Positions 49,607 to 59,668 of a stretch of 64,000 nt of DNA are shown in pieces. Position 1 is the first letter of the stretch; every line of letters starts with the position of its first letter. Below the pieces are notes generated by a model. The model was not told the origin of the DNA. It saw nothing but the letters and a program-made list of their open reading frames with translations, and did no database searches. The DNA is from Candidatus Babelota bacterium (GTDB taxonomy: Bacteria; Babelota; Babeliae; Babelales; Vermiphilaceae), in contig JBMOLF010000015.1 in assembly GCA_049325595.1 (NCBI GenBank), positions 187,238 to 251,237 of the forward strand, written 5' to 3'. A program made the translations under genes and the position numbers.

Positions 49607-50839
49607 ATGAAAAAATATGCAATAATTTTATTAATAATAACCGGATATTTAAATGCTAGCGAACAACCACTATTTGAGCCAACTCTCACTGACTTACCAT
49701 TAGAAATCAGAGAAAAAATAATAAGTCATCTTCCTGATGAAGAACAATTATTTGCCCGACTTACCCTACAACAAGTTAATAAACAATTACGCGATGAACT
49801 TAATAAACTAAAAAATGGTACCATAGAAAAATTTGATGCATTTCTTAATAAAACCGCAAAACAATTAGGCCCCATACCACTTGAAAATATAATATCGCAT
49901 TTAACTAACTTACAAAATGGAAAATCATTTCAACTTAATCAAAATATCGCTCTAGAATTAAATCAAATTTGGGACACAGTAGGGTTTTTGAAAAAAGCAC
50001 AAATTAAAGAGATAGAGATTCCCCCTTTTTTACTTGCCTCTTTATTTTACGAATGGCCAGCAGCAAAAAAATGGTTACATACAAAGCATGTAGATATAAG
50101 AACTATCTTTCTTATGAATACACAACAAGATCAATTAACAACATATGCCATTCAACTTTATTTTTTTGCATCTATTTTAGGCAATGGCTCATTAATAACA
50201 AAAAAACAACTTATTCCATTACCAGCCTCAGCTATAAGAAGAACCATTAGTTATTATGTATTTTTGACAGGTACTATTTATTCCAAAAGACTAACAACAA
50301 ATATCCGAATTTCTCCATTATTCACAACTTTAATTGAGATAATTTATAAAATTAATAATATTCCTGCCCAAGAAGGGATTGTAAAACCAAACCTATACGT
50401 TCAATTAAATAACGATATAGAAAATAAGCAAGAACCAGAAAAGACCATTTATAAAAATCTAAAAGAGCACATAACAAAAATGCTGTTTACCGATTTTTTT
50501 TATACAAGTCAAAAGTTTACCGCAGAAATTGCTAAAATTCCCCAATACAAAAATGATCATTTCTTGCGAGCTCATGTAAACAATTTTAATAATTTAATAA
50601 GTAAAATATATCAAAATCGTTGTCTTGATGATTTTTATAATTTAGAAAGATATGCAAAGCATATTTTGAATAAACTACCACAACAAGATGTTCCTTATAT
50701 TTATAATTTATGGCAAACAATAACTCTTATTGGTAAAAACATTTTGTATCTTGAAAATCCCACACAACAAGCAACAAAACGCCCTGCCCAAGAGCAACCT
50801 GAAGAACAACCAGAGGCAAAGAAACAACGAACCGAATAG
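49607..50839 (+). CDS. Secreted F-box-like protein with C-terminal bipartite NLS
   Basis: Signal ending LNA-SEQ; LTDLPLEIREKIISHL...LQQVNKQLR; KRPAQEQPEEQPEAKKQR. Confidence 0.78.
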   Translation: MKKYAIILLIITGYLNASEQPLFEPTLTDLPLEIREKIISHLPDEEQLFARLTLQQVNKQLRDELNKLKNGTIEKFDAFLNKTAKQLGPIPLENIISHLTNLQNGKSFQLNQNIALELNQIWDTVGFLKKAQIKEIEIPPFLLASLFYEWPAAKKWLHTKHVDIRTIFLMNTQQDQLTTYAIQLYFFASILGNGSLITKKQLIPLPASAIRRTISYYVFLTGTIYSKRLTTNIRISPLFTTLIEIIYKINNIPAQEGIVKPNLYVQLNNDIENKQEPEKTIYKNLKEHITKMLFTDFFYTSQKFTAEIAKIPQYKNDHFLRAHVNNFNNLISKIYQNRCLDDFYNLERYAKHILNKLPQQDVPYIYNLWQTITLIGKNILYLENPTQQATKRPAQEQPEEQPEAKKQRTE

Positions 50840-50841
50840 AT

Positions 50842-50872
50842 AAAAAAAGGCGGGAAAAATTCCCGCCTTCTC
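50842..50872. terminator. Intrinsic terminator between convergent genes
   Basis: AAAAAAAGGCGGGAA-AAA-TTCCCGCCTT. Confidence 0.8.
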
Positions 50873-50878
50873 ATTCTT

Positions 50879-52552
50879 TTAGCTCACGGCAAACGGATTA
50901 ACCATCGGCTTTAACTTAGGATGTTGTTGCAAAACACTCTTTATAGTAGAGCTTACTGGGTAACGATAATCCATTGCAAGTTGCGCTTCTTCTTGTATTA
51001 ATAAATTAACGGGTAACGCGACTGGAATATTATCTGAAGTACGAAGCATATTGTCAGATACCTTGAGTGTTAAGAATTTCTTACCCACTGTTGTTTTTAT
51101 TGCTTGGCGGTATTGCTCTAGATTAGTTACCTTAATGCCATTTACTTCATTAATGGTTGATCCAACCGTCATAGTTCGCAAGCGATACAATTGTGAACTT
51201 GGAAAAATATGAGTTACGACTAATGAAGTTTCGCCTTGATTTTTGAGCTCAGCATATTTTGCAAGACCCGGAGCATTTTGAGCAAGAGCATGTATATGAT
51301 TAAGAGTTAACTCCATAACCACCATACCAAATCCTACTTCATAATCGATTTCTTCAAATCCAGGAAACACTTTGCGTACCGGAGGCAACTCAGATAACGT
51401 TAAATTAAAGTTAGCTTCTTTACGAGCTCCTTTGCGATAGTACACTACTTTAATTTTTTCACCCACGCGTAGACGTGACACAAAATCAATGATAGAGATT
51501 TTATCTTCGCTCCAGGGCACATTCATTTCGCCATAAATATCAATACGGTGACCATTTATTTCATAAATCATATCACCCGGGCGAACACCAGCTTTATATA
51601 GTACGCTGTTTCTAATTACTTCAGCAACAGGACATCCACCTGGTTGCGGGTTGCTTAACATTTCAGTTAAACTATCGGATCCGTTATGGTAAATAATACC
51701 TAAGAATGGTTTGCGTAATAATCTCACTTTTTTAAGATCATCAAGCACAATTTTTAAATCATTAATTGGAATTGCATAGCCAACATTTTGCGCTTCAGTA
51801 AATCCTGAAGAGTTAATACCAACTACTTCACCTTGCGCATTTAACAATGGTCCACCAGAACTACCTGGATTAATCGGTGCTGAACTTTGTAACATATGTT
51901 GTTCACGGCCACTAATAACACCAGTGGTGCTTTTTAATGCTTGTTGACCAAGAGGGTAGCCAAGTGCCAATACTTCATCAGAGCGACGTACTTTATCAGA
52001 GTCGCCCAGAGCAAGATAAGGAACTTTTCCTAAAACTTGTTTAATAGTTTGTATATTTTGCTCTGACAATCGAAGTAATGCCAAATCTCTATCAGGGCTC
52101 ATACCAACAATTTCAGCATCGATAATACGTTTTCCTAACGATGGAATTTGAATCCACACTGCTTTAGCTTGATGAATTACATGAGCGTTGGTTACCAAAT
52201 GTTGCTCATCGATAAAAAATGCACTACCCGAAGAAGAAAACTGATTTGGTGTTTTGTATGGTTGTAAAATATCGATCTCTGCATTTTGTGCAAAAACTTG
52301 AACAACGGTATCACGTACTTTGTCTTGAATTGGGCGCCATAACTCAGATTTACCTACAACACGCTCAATAACTGGTTGCGGAGTAACAATACTAGTAGCC
52401 AGTTGTGATTGATCCATTTTGAGCGAATCAATCATTTCATAAAGATTCTTTTGCTCATTTGATAACCGATAAATTACAAATCCTAATACACTTAATGAAA
52501 GTAGTAAAAGATGTGTGAGCCCCACTACCGGGGACTTTTTAATGTTTTCCAT
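50879..52552 (-). CDS. Membrane-anchored HtrA/DegP-like serine protease with PDZ domains
   Basis: N-terminal TM; TNAHV, DLALL, INPGSSGGP; GDMIYEING. Confidence 0.92.
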   Translation of the reverse strand: MENIKKSPVVGLTHLLLLSLSVLGFVIYRLSNEQKNLYEMIDSLKMDQSQLATSIVTPQPVIERVVGKSELWRPIQDKVRDTVVQVFAQNAEIDILQPYKTPNQFSSSGSAFFIDEQHLVTNAHVIHQAKAVWIQIPSLGKRIIDAEIVGMSPDRDLALLRLSEQNIQTIKQVLGKVPYLALGDSDKVRRSDEVLALGYPLGQQALKSTTGVISGREQHMLQSSAPINPGSSGGPLLNAQGEVVGINSSGFTEAQNVGYAIPINDLKIVLDDLKKVRLLRKPFLGIIYHNGSDSLTEMLSNPQPGGCPVAEVIRNSVLYKAGVRPGDMIYEINGHRIDIYGEMNVPWSEDKISIIDFVSRLRVGEKIKVVYYRKGARKEANFNLTLSELPPVRKVFPGFEEIDYEVGFGMVVMELTLNHIHALAQNAPGLAKYAELKNQGETSLVVTHIFPSSQLYRLRTMTVGSTINEVNGIKVTNLEQYRQAIKTTVGKKFLTLKVSDNMLRTSDNIPVALPVNLLIQEEAQLAMDYRYPVSSTIKSVLQQHPKLKPMVNPFAVS

Positions 52553-52639
52553 AGTAGTCCTTTTTTTGTTGGTTAAATACTGCTATGCAGCAACATACCA
52601 TTATATGATAAAAAGGACTAGTCGTGTTGTATTTTAAGA

Positions 52640-53029
52640 TCAATAATTTTTAGATAACGCCATCACGAATAATAATATATTTATTACATATAACGACACA
52701 CATAACACACACAAAGATCTAATTTTAAATAGTAAAATATAGGCCAAAACGAATGATGCTAATACACCACCGGCGGTAATTACCGTTAACAAATTAAATT
52801 TACCCAAGAGTACGACTGCAGTTATTAACAAATAATAAAACATGCCCCATACGGAATTTGAAAAATATAAAAGATTTGCATACGAACTGGTAATTGGTTT
52901 AGTACAAGAAATTTTATCTGATAAATCACATACAGGTTTATATGAAGGATTTTTTTTGAGTTTTTGTTCTAGTAACCAGGCATAGAACGAAATAAATAAA
53001 CCGATAAGAGCAAGTCCGATAAGCAACAT
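52640..53029 (-). CDS. Vitamin K epoxide reductase (VKOR) family protein
   Basis: CDLSDKISC...SSY and LCVLC motifs, 4 TM; AGGAG RBS before ATG 53029. Confidence 0.88.
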   Translation of the reverse strand: MLLIGLALIGLFISFYAWLLEQKLKKNPSYKPVCDLSDKISCTKPITSSYANLLYFSNSVWGMFYYLLITAVVLLGKFNLLTVITAGGVLASFVLAYILLFKIRSLCVLCVSLYVINILLFVMALSKNY

Positions 53030-53175
53030 TACTAACTCCTTTTTATACAATTTCCCTTGTATCAAACATAACTCTCCAATTAAATAGCAATAAAGAATCA
53101 ATGAAATTTGCCAAAAAAGGGCTCTTACTTTAACCTATTAAAGACACTAAAAAAGCACTTTTAAGGAGCCATTTC

Positions 53176-54495
53176 ATGAGTTCTAACGCTAATCAAAATG
53201 CCGTTACTTTAGATAAACTTGTTGCCCTTTGTAAACGAAGAGGCTTTGTCTATCAATCTGCCGAAATTTATGGCGGCTTAAATGGCGTATATGACTTTGG
53301 CCCCTTAGGTAGTCAAATGAAACAAAATATTCGCGCTGAATGGACCAAATCTATTTTAGGAACCGAAGAAAATATCGTTTTTCTTGAAGGTGCATTGCTT
53401 GGTTCATATGATGTATGGAAAGCATCAGGTCACGTTGATAATTTTAATGACCCAATGGTTGATTGCCTCAAATGTAAACACCGTTATCGCACTGATGAAA
53501 TTGACTTAGAAAAACCATGTCCTCATTGTGGCAATAAAGCCTGGACGCAACCACGTCAATTTAACATGATGTTCCAAACCCAACTGGGGGCTTCAAGCGA
53601 TAACTCATCAGTTGCCTATTTGCGTCCTGAAACAGCACAAGCTATTTTTGTAAACTTTAAAAATGTTATTTCAACCACCCGTATAAAAATGCCATTTGGT
53701 ATTGCTCAAATTGGTAAAGCATTTCGTAATGAAATTACGCCAAAACAATTTTTATTCCGCATGCGTGAATTTGAACAAATGGAAATTGAATGGTTTTGCA
53801 AAGCGGAAGATGCTCTAAAATATTTTGAAATATGGAGCAATGCACGTAAAGCATTTTATCAAACAATTGGTATTCAAGCAGATAAAATCCGTCTTCGCCA
53901 ACACCTGGCTGATGAATTGGCTCACTATTCCACTGCATGCGTAGATGTAGAATATCATTTCCCTTTTGGCTGGAAAGAGCTTGAAGGCATTGCGCACCGT
54001 GGTAATTTTGACCTTACCCAACACAGCAAGCACTCAGGCAAAGATTTGTCGATATACGATGAAGAAACTAAGCAAACCTATGTACCCACGGTTATTGAAA
54101 GCTCAGTTGGTGTTGATCGTTTATTTCTAACTCTTTTATTTGATAGCTATCATGAAGATGTGGTAGACAACGAAACCCGCATTGTTTTGCGACTCAGCCC
54201 TAAAATTGCGCCGGTAAAAGCAGCATTCTTGCCTTTGACCAAAAAACAAATAGAGCCTATGCACAAAATATATAGCTCATTTAAAAAGCATGGTCTTGCC
54301 GTGCAATTTGATGAATCTGGTTCTATTGGTAAACGCTATCGCCGTCAAGATGAAATTGGTACCCCCATATGCTTTACCTATGATTTTGATAGTGAAACAG
54401 ATAATTGTGTTACCGTACGTAACCGTGATACTACTACTCAAGAGCGCATTTCTATCGATTCGTTAGAAGCATATCTCACCAAATTGCTAAGCTAA
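53176..54495 (+). CDS. glyQS: Glycine--tRNA ligase, homodimeric (alpha2) type
   Basis: KRRGF, EIYGG, YLRPETAQ, FRNEITP, FRMREFEQMEIE, GSIGKRYRRQDEIGTP. Confidence 0.96.
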   Translation: MSSNANQNAVTLDKLVALCKRRGFVYQSAEIYGGLNGVYDFGPLGSQMKQNIRAEWTKSILGTEENIVFLEGALLGSYDVWKASGHVDNFNDPMVDCLKCKHRYRTDEIDLEKPCPHCGNKAWTQPRQFNMMFQTQLGASSDNSSVAYLRPETAQAIFVNFKNVISTTRIKMPFGIAQIGKAFRNEITPKQFLFRMREFEQMEIEWFCKAEDALKYFEIWSNARKAFYQTIGIQADKIRLRQHLADELAHYSTACVDVEYHFPFGWKELEGIAHRGNFDLTQHSKHSGKDLSIYDEETKQTYVPTVIESSVGVDRLFLTLLFDSYHEDVVDNETRIVLRLSPKIAPVKAAFLPLTKKQIEPMHKIYSSFKKHGLAVQFDESGSIGKRYRRQDEIGTPICFTYDFDSETDNCVTVRNRDTTTQERISIDSLEAYLTKLLS

Positions 54496-54514
54496 TAACA
54501 CACGCGAGGGTAAC

Positions 54515-55105
54515 ATGTTGCAATCGTTATATAATTGGATGGGTAACTGTGTTAACTCTCGCTATGCTCAGCTTACATTGGGTATAGTGTTTTACCTTGA
54601 GGCAATTTTATTAATTCCCGTAGAACCAATGTTGATGTTCTATTGCTATCAGCGGCCAGATTATAAATGGCGTTATGCGGCAATTGCAACTTTAGCATCG
54701 GTTTTAGGTGGGCTCACCTCGTATGCCCTAGGATATTTATTATGGATAAGTTTGGGTGATGCATTAATTCATGCACCATTTTTTTCTTATTTTATAAAAC
54801 CTACTATCTTTAATCATTTAAGAAATCTCTATGTACACTATGAATGGATTGCATTATTGCTAGCAGGTATTCCTCCCATCCCTTTTAAAGCAGCAACTTT
54901 AACAGCAGGATTTTGCCGTTTATCGGTTATTCCTTTTATAATATGTGCAACCATTGTGCGTGGTGCTCGTTTTTTTGGCGTAGCTTATGTCACCAGCTAT
55001 TGCAATGCGCAAACCATTGCAACACTCAAAAAATATCGCTTTGTTGGGGTAGCATTGTTAGTTATTGCATTATTTTTATTGGGGTTCCACTTACTACACG
55101 CTTAG
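54515..55105 (+). CDS. YqaA/DedA (VTT domain) membrane protein
   Basis: EAILLIPVE, ATLASVLGG..SYALG, PIPFK, RGARF. Confidence 0.85.
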   Translation: MLQSLYNWMGNCVNSRYAQLTLGIVFYLEAILLIPVEPMLMFYCYQRPDYKWRYAAIATLASVLGGLTSYALGYLLWISLGDALIHAPFFSYFIKPTIFNHLRNLYVHYEWIALLLAGIPPIPFKAATLTAGFCRLSVIPFIICATIVRGARFFGVAYVTSYCNAQTIATLKKYRFVGVALLVIALFLLGFHLLHA

Positions 55106-55313
55106 AGAAAGTCAAGTATAACAATCAAATATATTCTGGCTTCATGGTTTGAACAACTATTTAACTCAGCAATTAATGCATATTCTTGTTTAATTTTATT
55201 TATTTTTATGTAGAAAAAGATAAAAAAATATTACAATCTGAATTATCAATATGATATCCTAATTATAGACTACAATTTTATTTAAAGAATAATAATTAGG
55301 AGAGAATAAAATC

Positions 55314-56168
55314 ATGAAAAAGTTATTGATTTTGATGTTATTTTTAAACTCACCAATTTTTGGCATGGATGTATGGACTAAAATAAAAAGATGGGTCACT
55401 GAAAATCCAAGTGGCGCACCTGCCGTGGAAACTACACCATTACCAGTTTTACCATCTGATGTACAAACAACAGAAATAGTAAAACAACTATTAAATGTTT
55501 CAAGCAATAGAGATCAAGCACTTACTCTTTTAAGCAACTATGCACAAGTTAACAAAGCAATTGGTAACTATGTAAAAAATAATAAAGCAACCATTCAAAG
55601 ATTGCTCGATGAAAAATTTGGCTTGTCTTTAATAGAATTAGCTTCTGGTAATTATGATAATCCTCAAATTAAAGATGAATCAATATCAATATTAAAACAG
55701 GCCGCATTGACTCCAAGCTACGAAAAATGGGCGGGATATTTGTTAAATTTCGCAGGCTATATTACAACTGGCCAAAGAAATCCTGCTATTACTCCCTATG
55801 CAGAATTAGACATGTTGAAGAGATGGCTTGGATTTAATTATCCAGACAAATTTAAAGTTGTCGCCGTGATGCTTGGTGTGTTAAATAATACATTTAACAA
55901 TAATAGAGCAGCTTTTGGAGAGGCTGAAGAAAACACAATTATTGATATATTAAAAGATTATATCGGCAGCATGGGCCAAGATAAAAACTATACTCAGATA
56001 GTAAAACTAATTATTAATACCGCAGTAAAAATATTTGGACCACAATTTATTAATAAAGAAAAAGGGTTTTACTTCCCGCAAACTGGAACTTTACTTGAAT
56101 CGGTAAGAAAGTCTACTAATAAAGAAGCAATTAAATACTTAGAAACCATAAACAAACTCAATAGATAA
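55314..56168 (+). CDS. Secreted F-box-like family protein (paralog of 7042 and 7916 ORFs)
   Basis: Signal ending IFG-MD; LPVLPSDVQTTEIVKQL...YAQVNKAI; ELASGNYDNPQI; IFGPQF. Confidence 0.72.
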   Translation: MKKLLILMLFLNSPIFGMDVWTKIKRWVTENPSGAPAVETTPLPVLPSDVQTTEIVKQLLNVSSNRDQALTLLSNYAQVNKAIGNYVKNNKATIQRLLDEKFGLSLIELASGNYDNPQIKDESISILKQAALTPSYEKWAGYLLNFAGYITTGQRNPAITPYAELDMLKRWLGFNYPDKFKVVAVMLGVLNNTFNNNRAAFGEAEENTIIDILKDYIGSMGQDKNYTQIVKLIINTAVKIFGPQFINKEKGFYFPQTGTLLESVRKSTNKEAIKYLETINKLNR

Positions 56169-56175
56169 GCTATTT

Positions 56176-56211
56176 AAAAAGAAGGTTGTGTAAAGGCAGC
56201 CTTCTTTTTTT
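56176..56211. terminator. Bidirectional intrinsic terminator
   Basis: AAAAAGAAGGTTG...CAGCCTTCTTTTTTT. Confidence 0.8.
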
Positions 56212-56277
56212 GTCACTTATTCCACTTGCATTGATTGTTAAACAGACATACTTATCCATCAAAAAATTTGTGCTCAA

Positions 56278-58083
56278 TTACATACGCACGCGAACTATAA
56301 CGCCATGCAATTTATATGAAGGTAATTTATAGAACTGCACAAAAGATGGCGTAAGCTTTTTAATAATGGTAAATATCTTCCAAATTATGTTTTTGGCCGT
56401 GATATCTTCCATGCCATAAAAAATAACTTTAGGACTGATGCCGGCTTGGCTTAGGATTTTTTCAATATTAATAATTTCTTTATAACCAGCCGATATTTCA
56501 AAATGGCGTAAACGGTCTGCCCAGTCTGGTTTAAATTCACCAGAAATACCATAGGCTCGATCTAATGTTTTTACGGTAACCACAATATTTTCTTGATATA
56601 TTATCGTGTTAGTAAACATGGTATACGCCATGTAAGTAGGTACGGTAGCTTTAGAACGCGATAAAAATACTGCCGTTCCACCAATGTGAGTTAATTGAGG
56701 AGTAAAGGTGTTGTACTCTTTTAAAAACTCATCTAATGGCAATGGCTTTAACGATGCATAAAGTTTACGTTGACCTGAAGTATAAATAATTATTAACACC
56801 AATGGGATACTTGCCATTAACAACGACCAATAACCACCATAAGGAATCTTTTGTGTGTTAGAAACTAAAAAAGCAATATTAACTAGCGACACCACGGCAG
56901 CAGCTATCCCTTTCACATAATATTTTTTCAGCATAAATACCCAGGTAAGCAACAATGCGGTAATGGTCATGGTACCACTTGCAGCTAACCCATAGGCACT
57001 TGCAAGATTCACCGCATACTTAAATTTAAGCATGGTAATAAGCACCAATGTCATTAAAAACCAATTAACCGAAGGCAAATAAATCTGCGATCGGTGCGTG
57101 GTTGAGGTATATTCAATATGAAAACGAGGAATAATACGCGTGGTTATACCCTGATATACAATAGATGATATACCACTTATGGTTGCTTGTGAGGCAATGA
57201 CCGTGGCACAAATACTAAACAGTACAATAGGTACATATAAATGAGGCAATTGAGCTAATACCATTTCATAAAAAATATTTTTTGCATGTATGTTTTGTAA
57301 AATAAAAACACCCTGCCCTAGATAAGCGCACACCAAACATACAAAAACCAATCCCCAGGCTTGGGTAATAGGCCTTCTTCCCAAATGGCCCATATCAGCA
57401 TAGAGCGGTTCAGCACCAGTGGCACATAAAATAATTTTGGCCAGCGCTAAAAAACCGATAAATTTGTGAGTTACTAAAAATCCAATTCCACGCAACGGAT
57501 TAAGAGCATATAAAATGGTCGGTTGTTGCGTAATAAGCCATATACCTAAACTTCCTAAAAATAAAAACCACCCAAGCATGAGTGGTCCAAAAGCTACGGC
57601 AATTTTTTCGGTTCCTCTTTTTTGAAATAAAAAAAGACAGATGGCAATGAAAGCAGCGGTGATTATAAAAAACTCTTGAGGAAAATTAGGGACACCCGGA
57701 ATAATTTTAAGACCTTCTACCGCACTTAATATACTAATTGCGGGAGTAATTACCCCATCACCTATAAAAAACGAAATCCCTAAAAAAGAAAGAATGGTAG
57801 CAATTGCAATCGCTACCCGTGATTTTAAGAGTGGAATGAGAAGCTCTTTCAATACAATAGTACCGCCTTCTCCTTTACTGCCCAAACTCATAGCAAGCCA
57901 GGCATACTGCACCGTAACCAATAAAATCAATGTCCATACAATAAGGGACAAAACACCCAACACGTTATCAGGAGAAATAGGTATAAGCATAAATACTGCT
58001 GATAAGGTATAAATAGGACTTGTTCCTATATCACCAAAAACTATACCTAGGGACCTTATCACATTCTTAATAATATTTTTCAT
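56278..58083 (-). CDS. kup: KUP/HAK/KT potassium transporter
   Basis: LGIVFGDIGTSPIY, GEGG, GDGVITPAISILSAVEG, YADMGH, IASQA, QIYLP.VNW. Confidence 0.95.
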   Translation of the reverse strand: MKNIIKNVIRSLGIVFGDIGTSPIYTLSAVFMLIPISPDNVLGVLSLIVWTLILLVTVQYAWLAMSLGSKGEGGTIVLKELLIPLLKSRVAIAIATILSFLGISFFIGDGVITPAISILSAVEGLKIIPGVPNFPQEFFIITAAFIAICLFLFQKRGTEKIAVAFGPLMLGWFLFLGSLGIWLITQQPTILYALNPLRGIGFLVTHKFIGFLALAKIILCATGAEPLYADMGHLGRRPITQAWGLVFVCLVCAYLGQGVFILQNIHAKNIFYEMVLAQLPHLYVPIVLFSICATVIASQATISGISSIVYQGITTRIIPRFHIEYTSTTHRSQIYLPSVNWFLMTLVLITMLKFKYAVNLASAYGLAASGTMTITALLLTWVFMLKKYYVKGIAAAVVSLVNIAFLVSNTQKIPYGGYWSLLMASIPLVLIIIYTSGQRKLYASLKPLPLDEFLKEYNTFTPQLTHIGGTAVFLSRSKATVPTYMAYTMFTNTIIYQENIVVTVKTLDRAYGISGEFKPDWADRLRHFEISAGYKEIINIEKILSQAGISPKVIFYGMEDITAKNIIWKIFTIIKKLTPSFVQFYKLPSYKLHGVIVRVRM

Positions 58084-58200
58084 GGAAAAAAACCACTCTA
58101 GTAAACGGTTTGGGCAATAACTTTGTTAGTATACCATAAAGATATGCTGAAAAAATAAGACTAGTAAGTTTTTTTACTAACCATCACAAAAAAACTCATT

Positions 58201-58236
58201 AAAAAGACAAGGGGCAAGAGATAATATCTCTTGCCC
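58201..58236 (-). terminator. Terminator after rplU
   Basis: GGGCAAGAGAT-AAT-ATCTCTTGCCC followed by T-rich sequence on the minus strand. Confidence 0.75.
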
Positions 58237-58260
58237 TAGATACTTATGCGCACAAGTCTT

Positions 58261-58590
58261 TTAGATAGAGACCACGCGAACGATAGTCATTTCTTGACGG
58301 TGATTTTTTTGTACACGTACTTTTTTTCTTCTTTTGAAACGAAGAGAAACAACTTTATCACCTTTAATATGTTTTAAAATGGTAGCTTTAACTGAACCAG
58401 TTAAAAATGGTCTACCAACTTCAAATTGACCTTCGCCATTTTTTCTAAAAAGTACTTCAGCAAACTCTACTGAAGAGCCGGCTTCTTGAGGCAATTTTTC
58501 AATAGCAATAGTTTTGCCTTCGATTGCTTGATATTGTTTGCCACCGGTCTTAATAATGGCATATTTGTCAAATGTTGTAATATTTTCCAT
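58261..58590 (-). CDS. rplU: 50S ribosomal protein L21
   Basis: YAIIKTGGKQY, FKRRK, HRQ. Confidence 0.95.
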   Translation of the reverse strand: MENITTFDKYAIIKTGGKQYQAIEGKTIAIEKLPQEAGSSVEFAEVLFRKNGEGQFEVGRPFLTGSVKATILKHIKGDKVVSLRFKRRKKVRVQKNHRQEMTIVRVVSI

Positions 58591-58792
58591 GTAACATCCT
58601 AGTGTGTTTACATTAAGAGCTTAATAATTTTGTTTCTATTGTAACAAATAAGCATTCTTTGGTCTAGCTAATTCTCTATGTCTTATTATTTTCCCGAATA
58701 ATTCTATTTGAAAGAATTAATGCGCCGACGCTGGCAATTTCTGCCAAATTTGATATCCTAAAGCTAGGGATTTTATGTGAGGGGAATTACCT

Positions 58793-59668
58793 ATGCGCTA
58801 TCTATTAATTATTATTTTGGCCTATCCATTAGCATTGGTCCTAGGCCAAGAATCAACGCACACTTATGTAAAAAAGATTCTCCAGGAAGGCTATACGGTT
58901 CAAAGCTTAGTACAACAAAAGTTAAACCAGCAAATTAACCTTTCTTTGCAAGCAGTACAAAAGGATTTTAACATAGATCCCCATGTCTGGAGCATCGTTA
59001 TGCAAGCAGCCAATAATAAAATTCAAGCAATCAATGCAAAACACGATTTTGTTATGGCAACTAAACGCAATCATTTAGTTCCATTTTTCGAACCTGATAA
59101 AACTATTAAAAAACAGATATTAAAAGCACATATACCACCATCATGCGTATGTATAGAATATGATATAAATCCCTCAGTAATTTGCGATGTAGATTTCAAT
59201 GAAAAAACTCAATCGTATGTTCTCACATTTAATAAAGAGATTGCTGAAAATTTACCTAAAAATTATTTACGAGCCATTACCCATCATGAGGCAACGCATA
59301 TTCGCTATGGCGATTGCTTAAAACTAAAATTTGTTGAAAATTTATTGCTCTGTTTGGGCCACAAACAAGAAAAAATTACCTCCCGCCGTTCATGGCAACA
59401 TCTTAATTATGCAATCGAAGAAAGAGCCGATCAACTTCCTGTTTTGATTTCGTCTAAAACAGCACAAGACATGCAACAATTTATGGAGGAAGTTGTTTTT
59501 GACTCTTCAAATCTTTATAACCAAAAAAATTATACCAATGGTCAACACCATCCTTCTCCTTTTCAAAGATTGATGGGCGTAAAGCGTGTTGCATCGTATC
59601 TAGACATTGAAAAAGAAATTAAGCACAGGGATGAATATAATAAATCATGTGGCGCACTTGAAGCTTAA
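58793..59668 (+). CDS. Secreted M48-like zinc metallopeptidase
   Basis: HEATH, EERAD, HPSPFQR; signal peptide. Confidence 0.75.
   Translation: MRYLLIIILAYPLALVLGQESTHTYVKKILQEGYTVQSLVQQKLNQQINLSLQAVQKDFNIDPHVWSIVMQAANNKIQAINAKHDFVMATKRNHLVPFFEPDKTIKKQILKAHIPPSCVCIEYDINPSVICDVDFNEKTQSYVLTFNKEIAENLPKNYLRAITHHEATHIRYGDCLKLKFVENLLLCLGHKQEKITSRRSWQHLNYAIEERADQLPVLISSKTAQDMQQFMEEVVFDSSNLYNQKNYTNGQHHPSPFQRLMGVKRVASYLDIEKEIKHRDEYNKSCGALEA

Noticed and set aside
53176..54495. Eukaryote/archaea-type GlyRS as evidence of host gene transfer
   Set aside because: The alpha2 type is widespread in many bacterial phyla.
58261..58590. rplU without adjacent rpmA
   Set aside because: Real, but operon fragmentation is common in reduced genomes; low novelty.
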